DNA of 64,000 nucleotides from positions 774-64,773 of the forward strand of contig JASEHI010000004.1 in NCBI GenBank assembly GCA_030018695.1, given 5' to 3'. The notes beneath the pieces are model-generated. The model searched no databases. It worked only from the letters and a program-made list of their open reading frames with translations, and had not been told where the DNA came from. The stretch comes from Anaerolineales bacterium (lineage in GTDB: Bacteria; Chloroflexota; Anaerolineae; Anaerolineales; Villigracilaceae). Positions 16,743 through 27,490 of the stretch are shown in pieces. Numbering within the stretch: the stretch's first letter is position 1; each line of letters begins with the position of its first letter. The translations under genes were made by a program, and so were the position numbers.

Positions 16743-17489
16743 ATGCGCAACGTCTGGACAATTGCACAACGAGAGTACAAACATTACTTTATCAGCCCGA
16801 TAGCATACATCGTCGCGCTGATGATTTTCCTGACAGTCGGCATCCTTTTCGTCCTCAACTTCTCGCAGGCTGCCTACCAGTCTATGTTCTACGGTTCCCC
16901 TCCGCCGGATACCCGCATCATCGTCGGGCCGATGACCTTTTTATTCCTGTTGGCCTCGCCGGCCTTGACCATGCGTTTATTAGCCGACGAACAACGGATG
17001 GGTACATTAGAGTTGCTGCTCACCGCGCCGGTGCAGGATTGGGAACTGGTGGTCGGCAAGTGGTTGGGCGCTTTTCTCTTTCTGCTCAGCGTGATCGCCC
17101 TAACCTTGATTTTCCCTATCCTTTTGAACAGGTTCGTCAACCCAGGCATTGATCAAGGGATGATGATCGCCGGTTATTTGGGCGTGATCCTGGTGGCTGC
17201 AACCTTCCTGTCTATTGGTACGGCCATCTCGTCATTCTTTAGCAACCAGTTTGCGGCTTTCTTTGCCACACTGGTTGTTTACGTTATGCTGTGGTGGATG
17301 ATCGGCTGGCCGGCGCAGGTCTTGCCGATTGGCGGGGATGTCTTCCGCTATCTGGATATGAGCGCCCATTTCTACGACACCCTGACCAACGGCATCGTTG
17401 CCTTGGCGGATATCGTCTATTATCTCAGTTTGACCGCCCTGGGCTTGTTCCTGGGTACGGTCGCCGTTGAAATGCGAAGGTGGCAATAA
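16743..17489 (+). CDS. ABC-2 family permease (GldF-like)
   Basis: 248 aa with 6 hydrophobic segments, immediately downstream of the ATPase. Confidence 0.75.
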   Translation: MRNVWTIAQREYKHYFISPIAYIVALMIFLTVGILFVLNFSQAAYQSMFYGSPPPDTRIIVGPMTFLFLLASPALTMRLLADEQRMGTLELLLTAPVQDWELVVGKWLGAFLFLLSVIALTLIFPILLNRFVNPGIDQGMMIAGYLGVILVAATFLSIGTAISSFFSNQFAAFFATLVVYVMLWWMIGWPAQVLPIGGDVFRYLDMSAHFYDTLTNGIVALADIVYYLSLTALGLFLGTVAVEMRRWQ

Positions 17490-19159
17490 TGAAGAAATCT
17501 GACCGAGTTTCTCCTGCGCGCCGAGTAGGCGCTGCCCTGAGTTCATCGAAGGGCGCTGCGCAGAAACAATCAAAAAAACGAATTGATCTGCGCCAATATG
17601 CCCCCCTGGGTTTGTGGCTGTCGCTGGCCGCCATCCTCTCCAGCGGGATTCTCCTGCTGATCAAGTTATTGGCCAAGATGGGATTATATACACCGCCAAG
17701 CTTCGAAAGGCTCAACCTGGCACTTTGGATCAGCTTGGGACTGGTTGTTATCGGCCCGGCGCTCTATTCCCTCCTTGAGCCCCAGCGCGTGCGTGATTTC
17801 CTGACCGGCCGCCAGGCGCGTTACGGAAGCAATGCCTTGATTATGCTGGTCGCCTTCCTCGGCATCCTGGTCGTGGTAAACGTCATTACCTTCCAAAATC
17901 CCCACCGATGGGACCTGACCGAGGACAAGCAAAATTCGCTCGCCCCCGAGACTCTGGATACCTTGAAGTCGCTCCCCCAACCGGTCACAGCGACCGCTTT
18001 TTACACCGCGCGCACGCCTTCCACCTCTGCGCAGGAGCTGCTGGATAGGTACAAGGCTCACAGCGCGGGTAAATTTGATTACACCCTGGTTGACCCGGAC
18101 CAAAAGCCACTGGCCGCACAACAGGCCGGCATCAGCGGAGATGGGAAGATTTACCTTCAGATGGGCGAGCAACACGAGATCGTCGCTTATGCTTCCGAGC
18201 AGGAGATTACCGCTTCGTTGATCCGCTTGATGAATCCGGGTGAGCGCAGCGTTTATTTCCTCACCGGGCATGGCGAACGCGACATCATGAAAGCCGGGGA
18301 TACGGCTTTTACCCAGGTCCGCGCCGCGCTGGAGGCCAAGAACTACCAAGTCCAGACCCTGAACCTGATCGCCCAAAACCAGATTCCCCAGGATGCCCTG
18401 GCGATCATTATCGCCGGCCCCCAACAACCATTATCCACGCAGGAAGTGAAGCTGATCGAGTCTTTCGTAGCCGGGGGCGGCGCGCTCATCGCCATGCAAG
18501 AACCTTTACCTTTGACCAATTTCGGCGCATCCCCAGACCCGCTGGCGGTTTATTTGTCGAATACCTGGGGCATAACATACAATAATGACATCGTCATTGA
18601 TCCCAACTCGAACCAACCGATTGTCGCCGTCGCCAATAGTTACAGCCCTCATCTCATCACCGAGAAATTGCAAAGACTGGTCTCATTTTATCCGACCGCG
18701 CGCAGTCTGGCAGTTTCGACAACCAGTTCCGGCGTGTATGCTACCCCCTTGGTAATCACAATTGATCGCGCCTGGGGCGAGACAGATTTCGATGCCCTCC
18801 AGAGTAACCAAGTCAGCTATGATCCGAGCTTGGATTTCGCCGGCCCGCTCACGCTGGGCGTGGCGGCCGAAAATCCGAACCAGAATAGTCGCCTGGTCGT
18901 CTTCGGCGATGCTGATTTTGCGTCAGACGGCTTTTATGGCCAATACGCCAATGGCGATATGCTCATCAACGCCATTGACTGGGCTGCACAACAGGAGAAC
19001 CTGATCCAGCTTACGGCCAAAGAACCGATCACTCGTACAATGAATATGCCAAGTAATACGGTTCAGTTGCTGATCGGTTTTATGCTGATCTGCGCCATCC
19101 CAGGCTTGATCGTCGCCGCAGGAATTGCCGCCTGGCTGAAACGCCGCGTGCGAGGCTAA
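17480..19159 (+). CDS. GldG-like ABC-system auxiliary protein
   Basis: N- and C-terminal TM anchors around a large extracytoplasmic domain, in the usual position after the ABC-2 permease. Codons 13-30 come from a 52-bp interspersed repeat. Confidence 0.65.
   Translation: MAIMKKSDRVSPARRVGAALSSSKGAAQKQSKKRIDLRQYAPLGLWLSLAAILSSGILLLIKLLAKMGLYTPPSFERLNLALWISLGLVVIGPALYSLLEPQRVRDFLTGRQARYGSNALIMLVAFLGILVVVNVITFQNPHRWDLTEDKQNSLAPETLDTLKSLPQPVTATAFYTARTPSTSAQELLDRYKAHSAGKFDYTLVDPDQKPLAAQQAGISGDGKIYLQMGEQHEIVAYASEQEITASLIRLMNPGERSVYFLTGHGERDIMKAGDTAFTQVRAALEAKNYQVQTLNLIAQNQIPQDALAIIIAGPQQPLSTQEVKLIESFVAGGGALIAMQEPLPLTNFGASPDPLAVYLSNTWGITYNNDIVIDPNSNQPIVAVANSYSPHLITEKLQRLVSFYPTARSLAVSTTSSGVYATPLVITIDRAWGETDFDALQSNQVSYDPSLDFAGPLTLGVAAENPNQNSRLVVFGDADFASDGFYGQYANGDMLINAIDWAAQQENLIQLTAKEPITRTMNMPSNTVQLLIGFMLICAIPGLIVAAGIAAWLKRRVRG
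17516..17567. repeat. 52-bp interspersed element (GCGCGCCGAGTAGGCGCTGCCCTGAG....TCGAAGGGYGCTGCGCA), copy 1, in frame
   Basis: Near-identical to 42232-42283. Both translate as ARRVGAALS.SKGAA.KQ. Confidence 0.8.
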
Positions 19160-19161
19160 AG

Positions 19162-19746
19162 ATGGTCAAACGCCCCACCCTGATCTTGTTAATTGTGCTG
19201 GCGCTGGTCATCGCTGCTTTTTTCTATCTGGATGAACGCCCGCTCAAGGCGACCGCACCGACGCCCACGGCTATTAAGTCCAGTTTTTTAATACCCAAAG
19301 ATTATGGCGCATTGACCAGGATTCATATTTTGGATGCGCAGGGAAACCGCCTTCGAATGGGACGCGATGCGTCAGGAAATTGGGCGCTCTCGCAGCCCGA
19401 ACTGGCCGCAGCCAATCAATCCCAGGCCGAGGCGGCTGAGACCCAGTTCTTCGCGCTCAGTGTGCTGACAACGCTGGAGACCTCCCCCGCATTGGATGTC
19501 ATCGGCTTGAACCCGCCAGCCTACACCATTACGCTCGGGTTTCTCGATGACACGCAAAAGGTCCTCGAAGTTGGCGGCCTGACGCCCACCGGCAGCGGAT
19601 ATTATGTCAGTTTCGAAGGCAAGATTTACGTCATCAGTCAATCATCAATCAACGCAGTGCTGGGGCTGCTGAGGAATCCGCCTTACGCAGAGACGCCAAC
19701 TATTCCGGTGACAGAAACATCCATCCCCGCCACACCCACGCCCTAG
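19162..19746 (+). CDS. DUF4340-like protein with an N-terminal TM anchor
   Basis: Signal-anchor KRPTLILLIVLALVIAAFFYL, and the typical position after a GldG-like gene. Confidence 0.5.
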   Translation: MVKRPTLILLIVLALVIAAFFYLDERPLKATAPTPTAIKSSFLIPKDYGALTRIHILDAQGNRLRMGRDASGNWALSQPELAAANQSQAEAAETQFFALSVLTTLETSPALDVIGLNPPAYTITLGFLDDTQKVLEVGGLTPTGSGYYVSFEGKIYVISQSSINAVLGLLRNPPYAETPTIPVTETSIPATPTP

Positions 19747-19936
19747 CAGGCTGTCGGAGAACCCCTTGTAGGGTAGGTTTCCATACCTGCCGACAGGGGT
19801 GGCGGCTTGTTTAGGGTGTTGCTTTTTTTCTCAAAAAAGAGTATTCTATTTACAAGAACGCTTGAGATTTATGGTAGCCAGTAGGCTACCATGCGCAGCA
19901 CCTACTCGGTAAAAGAAAATTTGGTAGTTTAGGAAC

Positions 19937-21133
<1,197 letters not shown>

Positions 21134-21174
21134 GTGCAGTGAACAATTAAATTAATTGATTCCATTTAGATAAA

Positions 21175-21720
21175 ATGCGAGCCGGAGACCATTTCATTCA
21201 GGCCTGGAGAATGCACGCTGCGGCGCGTTGGATACCTGAGGACAGCCGCGTGCTGGATATTGGCTGTCACCAGGGAGAATTATTCAAGTGGCTCGGAGAC
21301 AGAATCACCCCCAGCGTGGGGATAGATCCGTTATACAAGGAAACAACTCCCCCGGATCGTCACCAATTTTTCCCCTGGACATTTCATGGGAGGCTGCCTT
21401 TTCCTGAAAGTTCATTCGATGTCATTGCCCTGCTGGCAACCATTGAACACATGCCGGATAAGTCGGCAGTCGCCAAAGAATCCTGGCGGTTGCTGCGGCC
21501 GGGCGGACGTGTTGTGATCACATTCCCATCTCTACTCGTAGATCGAATTATTTCTGTCCTGGCATCTCTCCACATCGTTGACGGCATGTCACTGGAGGAA
21601 CATCATGGTTTCTCCCCGAACGAATTGCCAGACATCTTCGAGCGAGAAGGGTTTGGTCTCAAGAAGTGGGGAAAATTCCAGCTCGGGCTGAACAATCTCT
21701 TTGTCTTCGAACGCGTGTAG
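21175..21720 (+). CDS. Class I SAM-dependent methyltransferase
   Basis: VLDIGCHQGE and LLRPGGRVVITFP. Confidence 0.7.
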   Translation: MRAGDHFIQAWRMHAAARWIPEDSRVLDIGCHQGELFKWLGDRITPSVGIDPLYKETTPPDRHQFFPWTFHGRLPFPESSFDVIALLATIEHMPDKSAVAKESWRLLRPGGRVVITFPSLLVDRIISVLASLHIVDGMSLEEHHGFSPNELPDIFEREGFGLKKWGKFQLGLNNLFVFERV

Positions 21721-21750
21721 TCTCGTCGGTGATCAAAACGTTCATACTTT

Positions 21751-22905
21751 ATGGAAAAGCCAATCCTCTTATCAATTGTGATGCCCTGTCTGAATGAATT
21801 AGAGACACTTGCCGTCTGCATTGACAAAGCCCGGAGATTTCTAACCACGCAGGGCATCCCCGGCGAAGTCATCGTCGCCGATAATGGAAGCACAGACGGA
21901 TCGCCGGAATTGGCTGCCCAGGCGGGCGCTCGCGTTGTACACGTCCCACAGAAAGGCTATGGCAGCGCGCTCCTCGGCGGGATCGAAGCGGCCAACGGCA
22001 AATACATCATCATGGGGGACGCAGACGACAGCTACGACTTCTCCGATCTAAAAGCGTTTGTCGACGCCCTGGATGCCGGATACGATTTAGTGATGGGCAA
22101 CCGTTTCAAAGGCGGGATCAGACCCGGAGCCATGCCGTTCATCCATCGCTATTTGGGCAACCCGCTGCTGAGCTGGCTGGGAAGATTATTTTTTAGAAGC
22201 CAGGTCGGCGATTTCCATTGCGGCCTGCGCGGTTTTCGCCGGGACGCTATTCTCGCTTTGGACTTGCAAACAACCGGCATGGAATTCGCCAGCGAAATGG
22301 TCGTAAAAGCATCTCTGATCGGATTAAAGGTCACAGAGGTGCCAACGATCCTGTCCCCCAATGGGCGCACCCGCCCGCCACACCTGCGCACCTGGTCGGA
22401 TGGCTGGCGCCATTTGCGTTTTCTGTTGCTGTACAGCCCGCTCTGGTTGTTCTTTTATCCGGGACTCTTTCTGATCATTACCGGGCTTCTCGTTTCTGCG
22501 TGGCTGCTTCCCGGTCCCAGAAAAATAGGTAGCATCACGCTGGACATTAACACGTTGATGTATGCCTCATTCCTGATTATCTCGGGGCTTCAAGCGGTCT
22601 TGTTTTTTCTTTATGCCAAAGTATTTGGTATCGTCAGTGGACTTATGCCAAAGGATGACAAAACCCAAAAATGGCTTAATATGTTGAGCCTTGAAAAAGG
22701 ATTGCTGCTCGGCGCTGGCATGATCGCCTTGGGGCTTTTCAGTTCAATCGGCGCCCTGATATATTGGAGCAGCAGGCACTTCGGGCCAATCGATCCAATG
22801 ATTTCCATGCGGCTGGTGATTCCGGGAACAGTGCTATTCTCATTCGGAATACAAATTCTGTTTTCGAGTTTCTTTCTGAGCATCTTGATGACCAAGCGAA
22901 AATAA
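21751..22905 (+). CDS. GT2 glycosyltransferase (polyprenol-phosphate sugar synthase-like) with a C-terminal TM domain
   Basis: LSIVMPCLNE, VIVADNGSTDGS and IIMGDADDSYD (DxD). The C-terminal part has 4 hydrophobic segments. Confidence 0.8.
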   Translation: MEKPILLSIVMPCLNELETLAVCIDKARRFLTTQGIPGEVIVADNGSTDGSPELAAQAGARVVHVPQKGYGSALLGGIEAANGKYIIMGDADDSYDFSDLKAFVDALDAGYDLVMGNRFKGGIRPGAMPFIHRYLGNPLLSWLGRLFFRSQVGDFHCGLRGFRRDAILALDLQTTGMEFASEMVVKASLIGLKVTEVPTILSPNGRTRPPHLRTWSDGWRHLRFLLLYSPLWLFFYPGLFLIITGLLVSAWLLPGPRKIGSITLDINTLMYASFLIISGLQAVLFFLYAKVFGIVSGLMPKDDKTQKWLNMLSLEKGLLLGAGMIALGLFSSIGALIYWSSRHFGPIDPMISMRLVIPGTVLFSFGIQILFSSFFLSILMTKRK

Positions 22906-22914
22906 AGGCGTTAA

Positions 22915-24384
22915 GTGAAAACAAAAATTTCCGCATCGATCCTGCCGCGCTTGCAAGATGTCCTTTTTCTTTCGATCTTCCTGGCCGTCCTTGCCCTGGG
23001 ACAGCGCATGATCAATATGGACGGTGACTTACCGCGACACCTTTTGACCGGAAAGTTGATTTTGCAAACCGGAACAATTCCCACAACCGAGCTATTCGTC
23101 TATCCATACGAAGGAAGAGTATACGTATCGCACGAATGGCTGGCGGATATTGTCTTTTACCTTATTTACAACTACGTTGGGCTGGCGGGGATAGTCATCT
23201 TGTCTGCGATCCTGCTGGCGTCAACTTTCAGCCTGCTCTACGCCTCACTTGCTTCCCGGCTCGATATTCGGATTCCAGTTCTCTTTCTTGTCGCGTGGGG
23301 AGCCGCGACTACATCACTGCACTGGATCACCCGCCCTCATTTGTTCTCTATGCTTCTTCTCGCAGTATGGCTCGTTTTGACAGATCGTCTGGCGCGCGGT
23401 GAAAAAATCCCACTCTGGTATTTCCCAGTCATCATGGTCATTTGGAGCAATTTTCACGGAGAATTCATCGCTGGCATTCTTGTAACGGCTGCATACGCCG
23501 CTGGCTGGACCTGGGATTATCTATTCGATCGCGAGAAAATTAAGTTAGAAACTGGCCGGCGTATCTGGTTCGGACTATTGTTTTCAGCGCTGGCTAGTCT
23601 CATCAATCCCGCTGGTTTCCGCCCATGGATTGCGATGTTCAGCTTTGTCAAAAGCATTTATCTAATGTCGCGGATGTACGAAGCAAATTCGCCGGATTTC
23701 CATCAGCCACAATTCCTCGTCTTGCTTGGATTGCTAGCCTTTTCGATTGTCCTGCTTTCAGTCAAAGCGGATAAACTATCCAAAGGGCAGGCTTTTCTTC
23801 TGGCGGGTTTCAGCGCAATGAGTCTGATGGCGGCGCGCAACATTCATCTCTACGGAGTAGTCGCCCCCTTCGTTTTGTCGGAGACGACCGGTGCAATTGC
23901 GGGATCCGGACTTATCGAACCGCTCGAGAATATCCTGAGGCGCATCGAAAATCGGCTGAAAGGCGTTGTCTGGCCGGTGATCACGGTTCTCGCCATTGGC
24001 GCAATCCTGATCGGCGGCAAAGCCGGACCAACTTACAGTTTCAGCCCATCGTTTTTTCCAGTGGACGCAGTGCGCTGGTTGGAAAGCCACCCACAGGAAG
24101 GCCGGATGTTCAACAATCTCGATTGGGGCGGCTACATCGCTTTTTACCTTTGGCCGCAGCAAACCATATTTGCCGATAGCATGGCCGACGTCACAGGTGA
24201 ACTCACGCAGAAATTTGAAACCGTCGTCACCCTGGCAGACGGCTGGGAAGAGATCCTGGGCAAGTACCAGGTCCAGTTGGTTATCATGCCCGAGGACTCA
24301 GAATTAGTCAGGCAACTAGAAAGCCAGGCAGACTGGCAAGTGATTTACGCAGACAGCACAACCGTCATCCTGCAGAGAAGATGA
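22915..24384 (+). CDS. Polytopic membrane protein, putative GT-C-type glycosyltransferase
   Basis: 489 aa with many hydrophobic segments. The stop overlaps the next start (ATGA). Confidence 0.5.
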   Translation: MKTKISASILPRLQDVLFLSIFLAVLALGQRMINMDGDLPRHLLTGKLILQTGTIPTTELFVYPYEGRVYVSHEWLADIVFYLIYNYVGLAGIVILSAILLASTFSLLYASLASRLDIRIPVLFLVAWGAATTSLHWITRPHLFSMLLLAVWLVLTDRLARGEKIPLWYFPVIMVIWSNFHGEFIAGILVTAAYAAGWTWDYLFDREKIKLETGRRIWFGLLFSALASLINPAGFRPWIAMFSFVKSIYLMSRMYEANSPDFHQPQFLVLLGLLAFSIVLLSVKADKLSKGQAFLLAGFSAMSLMAARNIHLYGVVAPFVLSETTGAIAGSGLIEPLENILRRIENRLKGVVWPVITVLAIGAILIGGKAGPTYSFSPSFFPVDAVRWLESHPQEGRMFNNLDWGGYIAFYLWPQQTIFADSMADVTGELTQKFETVVTLADGWEEILGKYQVQLVIMPEDSELVRQLESQADWQVIYADSTTVILQRR

Positions 24385-25862
24385 AAACCGGCCAAACTAC
24401 TCTATTGGTTTTAATCATTGCTGTTGCATTGGCTATACGCGCGCTGGGGATCGAAGCTCGCCCGATTTGGTACGATGAAGCCTTTTCTCTCCTCATCTCG
24501 CAACATAATCCAACTGTGATTTTGGCAGGCACTTTAAGCGCAGATACAGATTCTTCGGCCGCGGAGGAACATCCGCCCGCGTATTATTTCATGCTGTGGG
24601 GTTGGATGCAAGTCTTCGGCAATTCGTTGATTTCAGCGCGTGCGCTCTCCATCCTTGCCGGGCTTGGGATTGTCCTGCTAATTTATCTTATCGCGCAACA
24701 TTTCTTCGACCAGTTCGCAGCACTGACTGCGAGCTTGTTTGCGGCGATCCTGCCGTTTCAAGTGCATTACGCGCAGGAAGTCCGCATGTATGTCTTTCTT
24801 GCGCTTTGGCTATGTCTCGCAACGTTCGCCTTTTTACGCAAGCGATGGATTTTATTCGCCATGTCCGCCGCTCTAGCACAGTACACACATAACCTGGCCG
24901 CGATTTACTTGATCCCGCTTGCCCTCACGCCGATTTTTCAAAAAGACTGGAAAACGCTGCGCGCGTTGACTTTGGCCGGAATCGCCGCGATTATCCTTTA
25001 CTCCCCGTGGCTGATCCACCTACCGGCGCAACTCTCTAAAATCCAAAATAGCTTTTGGATCGAAAAGCCCGGCGCAGAACGGCTCTTCACGCTTTTGCTT
25101 TATTACGTCCCCAACCTGCCTCTTCCAAATGACTGGCTTTTACCCGGCCTGTTCCTCGCCGCGTTGACGGTCACGCTAGCCGCTTATCAAACCTGTCGAA
25201 CATTGAAACATAAGTTACCAGATGCAAATCACGGTCTTTGGCTTGCTTATCTTTCCTTCGCGCCGCCGCTTCTATTATGGTTGATCTCGCAAATCCAGCC
25301 GATTTATGTCGAGCGCGCGCTTCTGCCTTCGCACGCTATGTTTTGTCTCTGGCTGGCCTGGGCATTGACCAAAACTCATCTGCCGCGCCCAATCCAATTG
25401 ACCGCGTTTGCGTTAGTGATTGCTTCGGCCGCTATGGGACTGTATCAACACGTCACATACAACGGCTTTCCTTATGGGCCTTATGCCATATTGGACAAAT
25501 CTTTGAGCAAAAGATTCCATACAGGCGATGTCATCGTCCATTCGAGTAAACTATCCTATCTGCCCTCCATCTATTTTAACCGCGATCTTTCCCAGCAGTT
25601 TATCGCGGACCCTGCCGGGGGCGCGACAGATACCCTTTCACCGGCGACCATGCAAATCCTGAGTCTGAACGTTGCCGAAGATGTGGAGTCTGCCACAGAG
25701 GGCGCGTCGCGCGTTTGGTTTGTCATCTTCACCCGCGCCATTGACGAGTACCAGGCAGCCGGCCAGCCCATGCATCCGCATTTGGTCTGGCTCGATGAGC
25801 ATTATCACCTCGAAGAAGTCAAGACCTGGGGAGACGTGCAGGTTTATCTATTCACGCGTTGA
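24381..25862 (+). CDS. ArnT/PMT-like (GT39/GT83) membrane glycosyltransferase
   Basis: RPIWYDEAFSLLI sits in the first loop (the DE motif of GT-C enzymes), and the protein is polytopic. Confidence 0.65.
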   Translation: MKTGQTTLLVLIIAVALAIRALGIEARPIWYDEAFSLLISQHNPTVILAGTLSADTDSSAAEEHPPAYYFMLWGWMQVFGNSLISARALSILAGLGIVLLIYLIAQHFFDQFAALTASLFAAILPFQVHYAQEVRMYVFLALWLCLATFAFLRKRWILFAMSAALAQYTHNLAAIYLIPLALTPIFQKDWKTLRALTLAGIAAIILYSPWLIHLPAQLSKIQNSFWIEKPGAERLFTLLLYYVPNLPLPNDWLLPGLFLAALTVTLAAYQTCRTLKHKLPDANHGLWLAYLSFAPPLLLWLISQIQPIYVERALLPSHAMFCLWLAWALTKTHLPRPIQLTAFALVIASAAMGLYQHVTYNGFPYGPYAILDKSLSKRFHTGDVIVHSSKLSYLPSIYFNRDLSQQFIADPAGGATDTLSPATMQILSLNVAEDVESATEGASRVWFVIFTRAIDEYQAAGQPMHPHLVWLDEHYHLEEVKTWGDVQVYLFTR

Positions 25863-27490
25863 GGCGCATTCAGTCCATGAAACGCTTTTTCTTTCGCCAT
25901 GTTTTCGAGCCGCCGCTGGAAAAGGTCAGAGAATGGGCCTGGGTGTTGCTCGCTCCCTTCTCGATCCTGGTAATCAGTTCAATACCCATCTGGGTTGGTT
26001 ATCTGACCCAACCCCCCGGCCGTGTATTCATCGGCACGTTTTACGACCAGCAGGATTACGCTGTCCATCTTACCATGATGCAGGCCGGGATGCAGGGCGA
26101 TTGGGCTTACTCCCTGCACTTCACCGCCGAACCTCACCGGGCGGTCTACATTCGATTGTTCTATATCGCCCTGGGGCACCTGACCCGTCTCCTCCATCTC
26201 GAACCTGAAATGGCTTTTCAACTGGCGCGTTGGGTTTTTGGCCTGCTGGCTCTGGCCGCGGTCTATCAACTTGCCAGTCGGATTTTTCCCGAAGTCAAGT
26301 GGCGGCGGACAGCCTTCCTGCTCGCCACGACCGGAGCCGGCTTTGGCTGGCTGCAAATGTCTCTCGGCTGGATTCCCGACCCGCACATCTCGCCAGTGGA
26401 TTTCTGGCTGATAGACGGCTATATCTTTTTCAGCCTGATGCTCTTCCCGCATTTTTCTGCCGTCACCGCGTTGCTGGCCACCGTATTAACAACCTTCCTG
26501 GATTATCTTCGAGGCAAATCCCGATTCGCCGTTGCTTTCATTGCCCTGGCCGCCATTCTCACTCAACTCATTAACCCCATCGCCTTCGTCTTGGCCAATG
26601 CAGCCATGCTCGGCGCGCTGCTATTCACCTGCTGCGCCGAAAAGCGCGTCCAATGGCGAAAAATCGCCGGGTTGGCCTTCATCGCTGCGGCCCAAATTCC
26701 TTTACTTATTTACACATCGAACATTCTCATCCACGACCCGCTCTGGAGTCAGTTCGCCGCCCAAAACTTGACACTCTCTCCGCCGCCCGTTTACTACCTA
26801 TGGGGATTTGGACTGTTCTGGCCGCTGGCAGTGATTGGCACGCTCCAGTCGGTACGTTCGCGGGACCCGAAGCCGGCTATGGCCATCTTGTGGGTGATCG
26901 CCGCCCTGACGCTGGCCTACCTGCCGATGGCCATCCAACGCCGATTCCTGCATGCCTTTACGCTACCGTTGGCCATTCTCGCCACCCTGGGCCTGAAGAC
27001 CATTTTCGGGCGGCGTTCGTTGGTCTCACGGCAGGCCTTTTACACAGCACTTTTCATTTCTCTGACGGCTCTCACCTCCCTTATCTTAAGCCTGCGCTCG
27101 ACACTGGACATTCTCCACTACCCCATGAATTTTTCTTACCCGCAGACACTGAAGGAGGCTGTTCACTGGCTGGGTGACAATGCTTCTTCAGATGACGTGG
27201 TGCTGGCCTCCGAATCCACCAGCCAGATTGTCGCCGCACACACCGGACTGCGAGTCTATTTCGGGCATTCAATGGAAACAATCGACTACAACATGAAAGC
27301 CCATCAGGCTTGGCTGTATTTCAACGGGAAATCTGACGCTGGCTGGCTGGACTCAACGAGTGTGCAATGGGTCATCTATGGGCCATATGAGAAGAATCTT
27401 TCGGCCGTTGGTGCGGCCTTTCAGCCTGCTCCATCCCTGAAACCAGTTTACCAGGACGAAACCATCATCATCTACAGGGTGAAAAAATGA
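25859..27490 (+). CDS. Polytopic membrane protein, putative GT-C-type glycosyltransferase
   Basis: 543 aa and polytopic. The start may instead be MKRFFF at 25877. Confidence 0.45.
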   Translation: MRRIQSMKRFFFRHVFEPPLEKVREWAWVLLAPFSILVISSIPIWVGYLTQPPGRVFIGTFYDQQDYAVHLTMMQAGMQGDWAYSLHFTAEPHRAVYIRLFYIALGHLTRLLHLEPEMAFQLARWVFGLLALAAVYQLASRIFPEVKWRRTAFLLATTGAGFGWLQMSLGWIPDPHISPVDFWLIDGYIFFSLMLFPHFSAVTALLATVLTTFLDYLRGKSRFAVAFIALAAILTQLINPIAFVLANAAMLGALLFTCCAEKRVQWRKIAGLAFIAAAQIPLLIYTSNILIHDPLWSQFAAQNLTLSPPPVYYLWGFGLFWPLAVIGTLQSVRSRDPKPAMAILWVIAALTLAYLPMAIQRRFLHAFTLPLAILATLGLKTIFGRRSLVSRQAFYTALFISLTALTSLILSLRSTLDILHYPMNFSYPQTLKEAVHWLGDNASSDDVVLASESTSQIVAAHTGLRVYFGHSMETIDYNMKAHQAWLYFNGKSDAGWLDSTSVQWVIYGPYEKNLSAVGAAFQPAPSLKPVYQDETIIIYRVKK

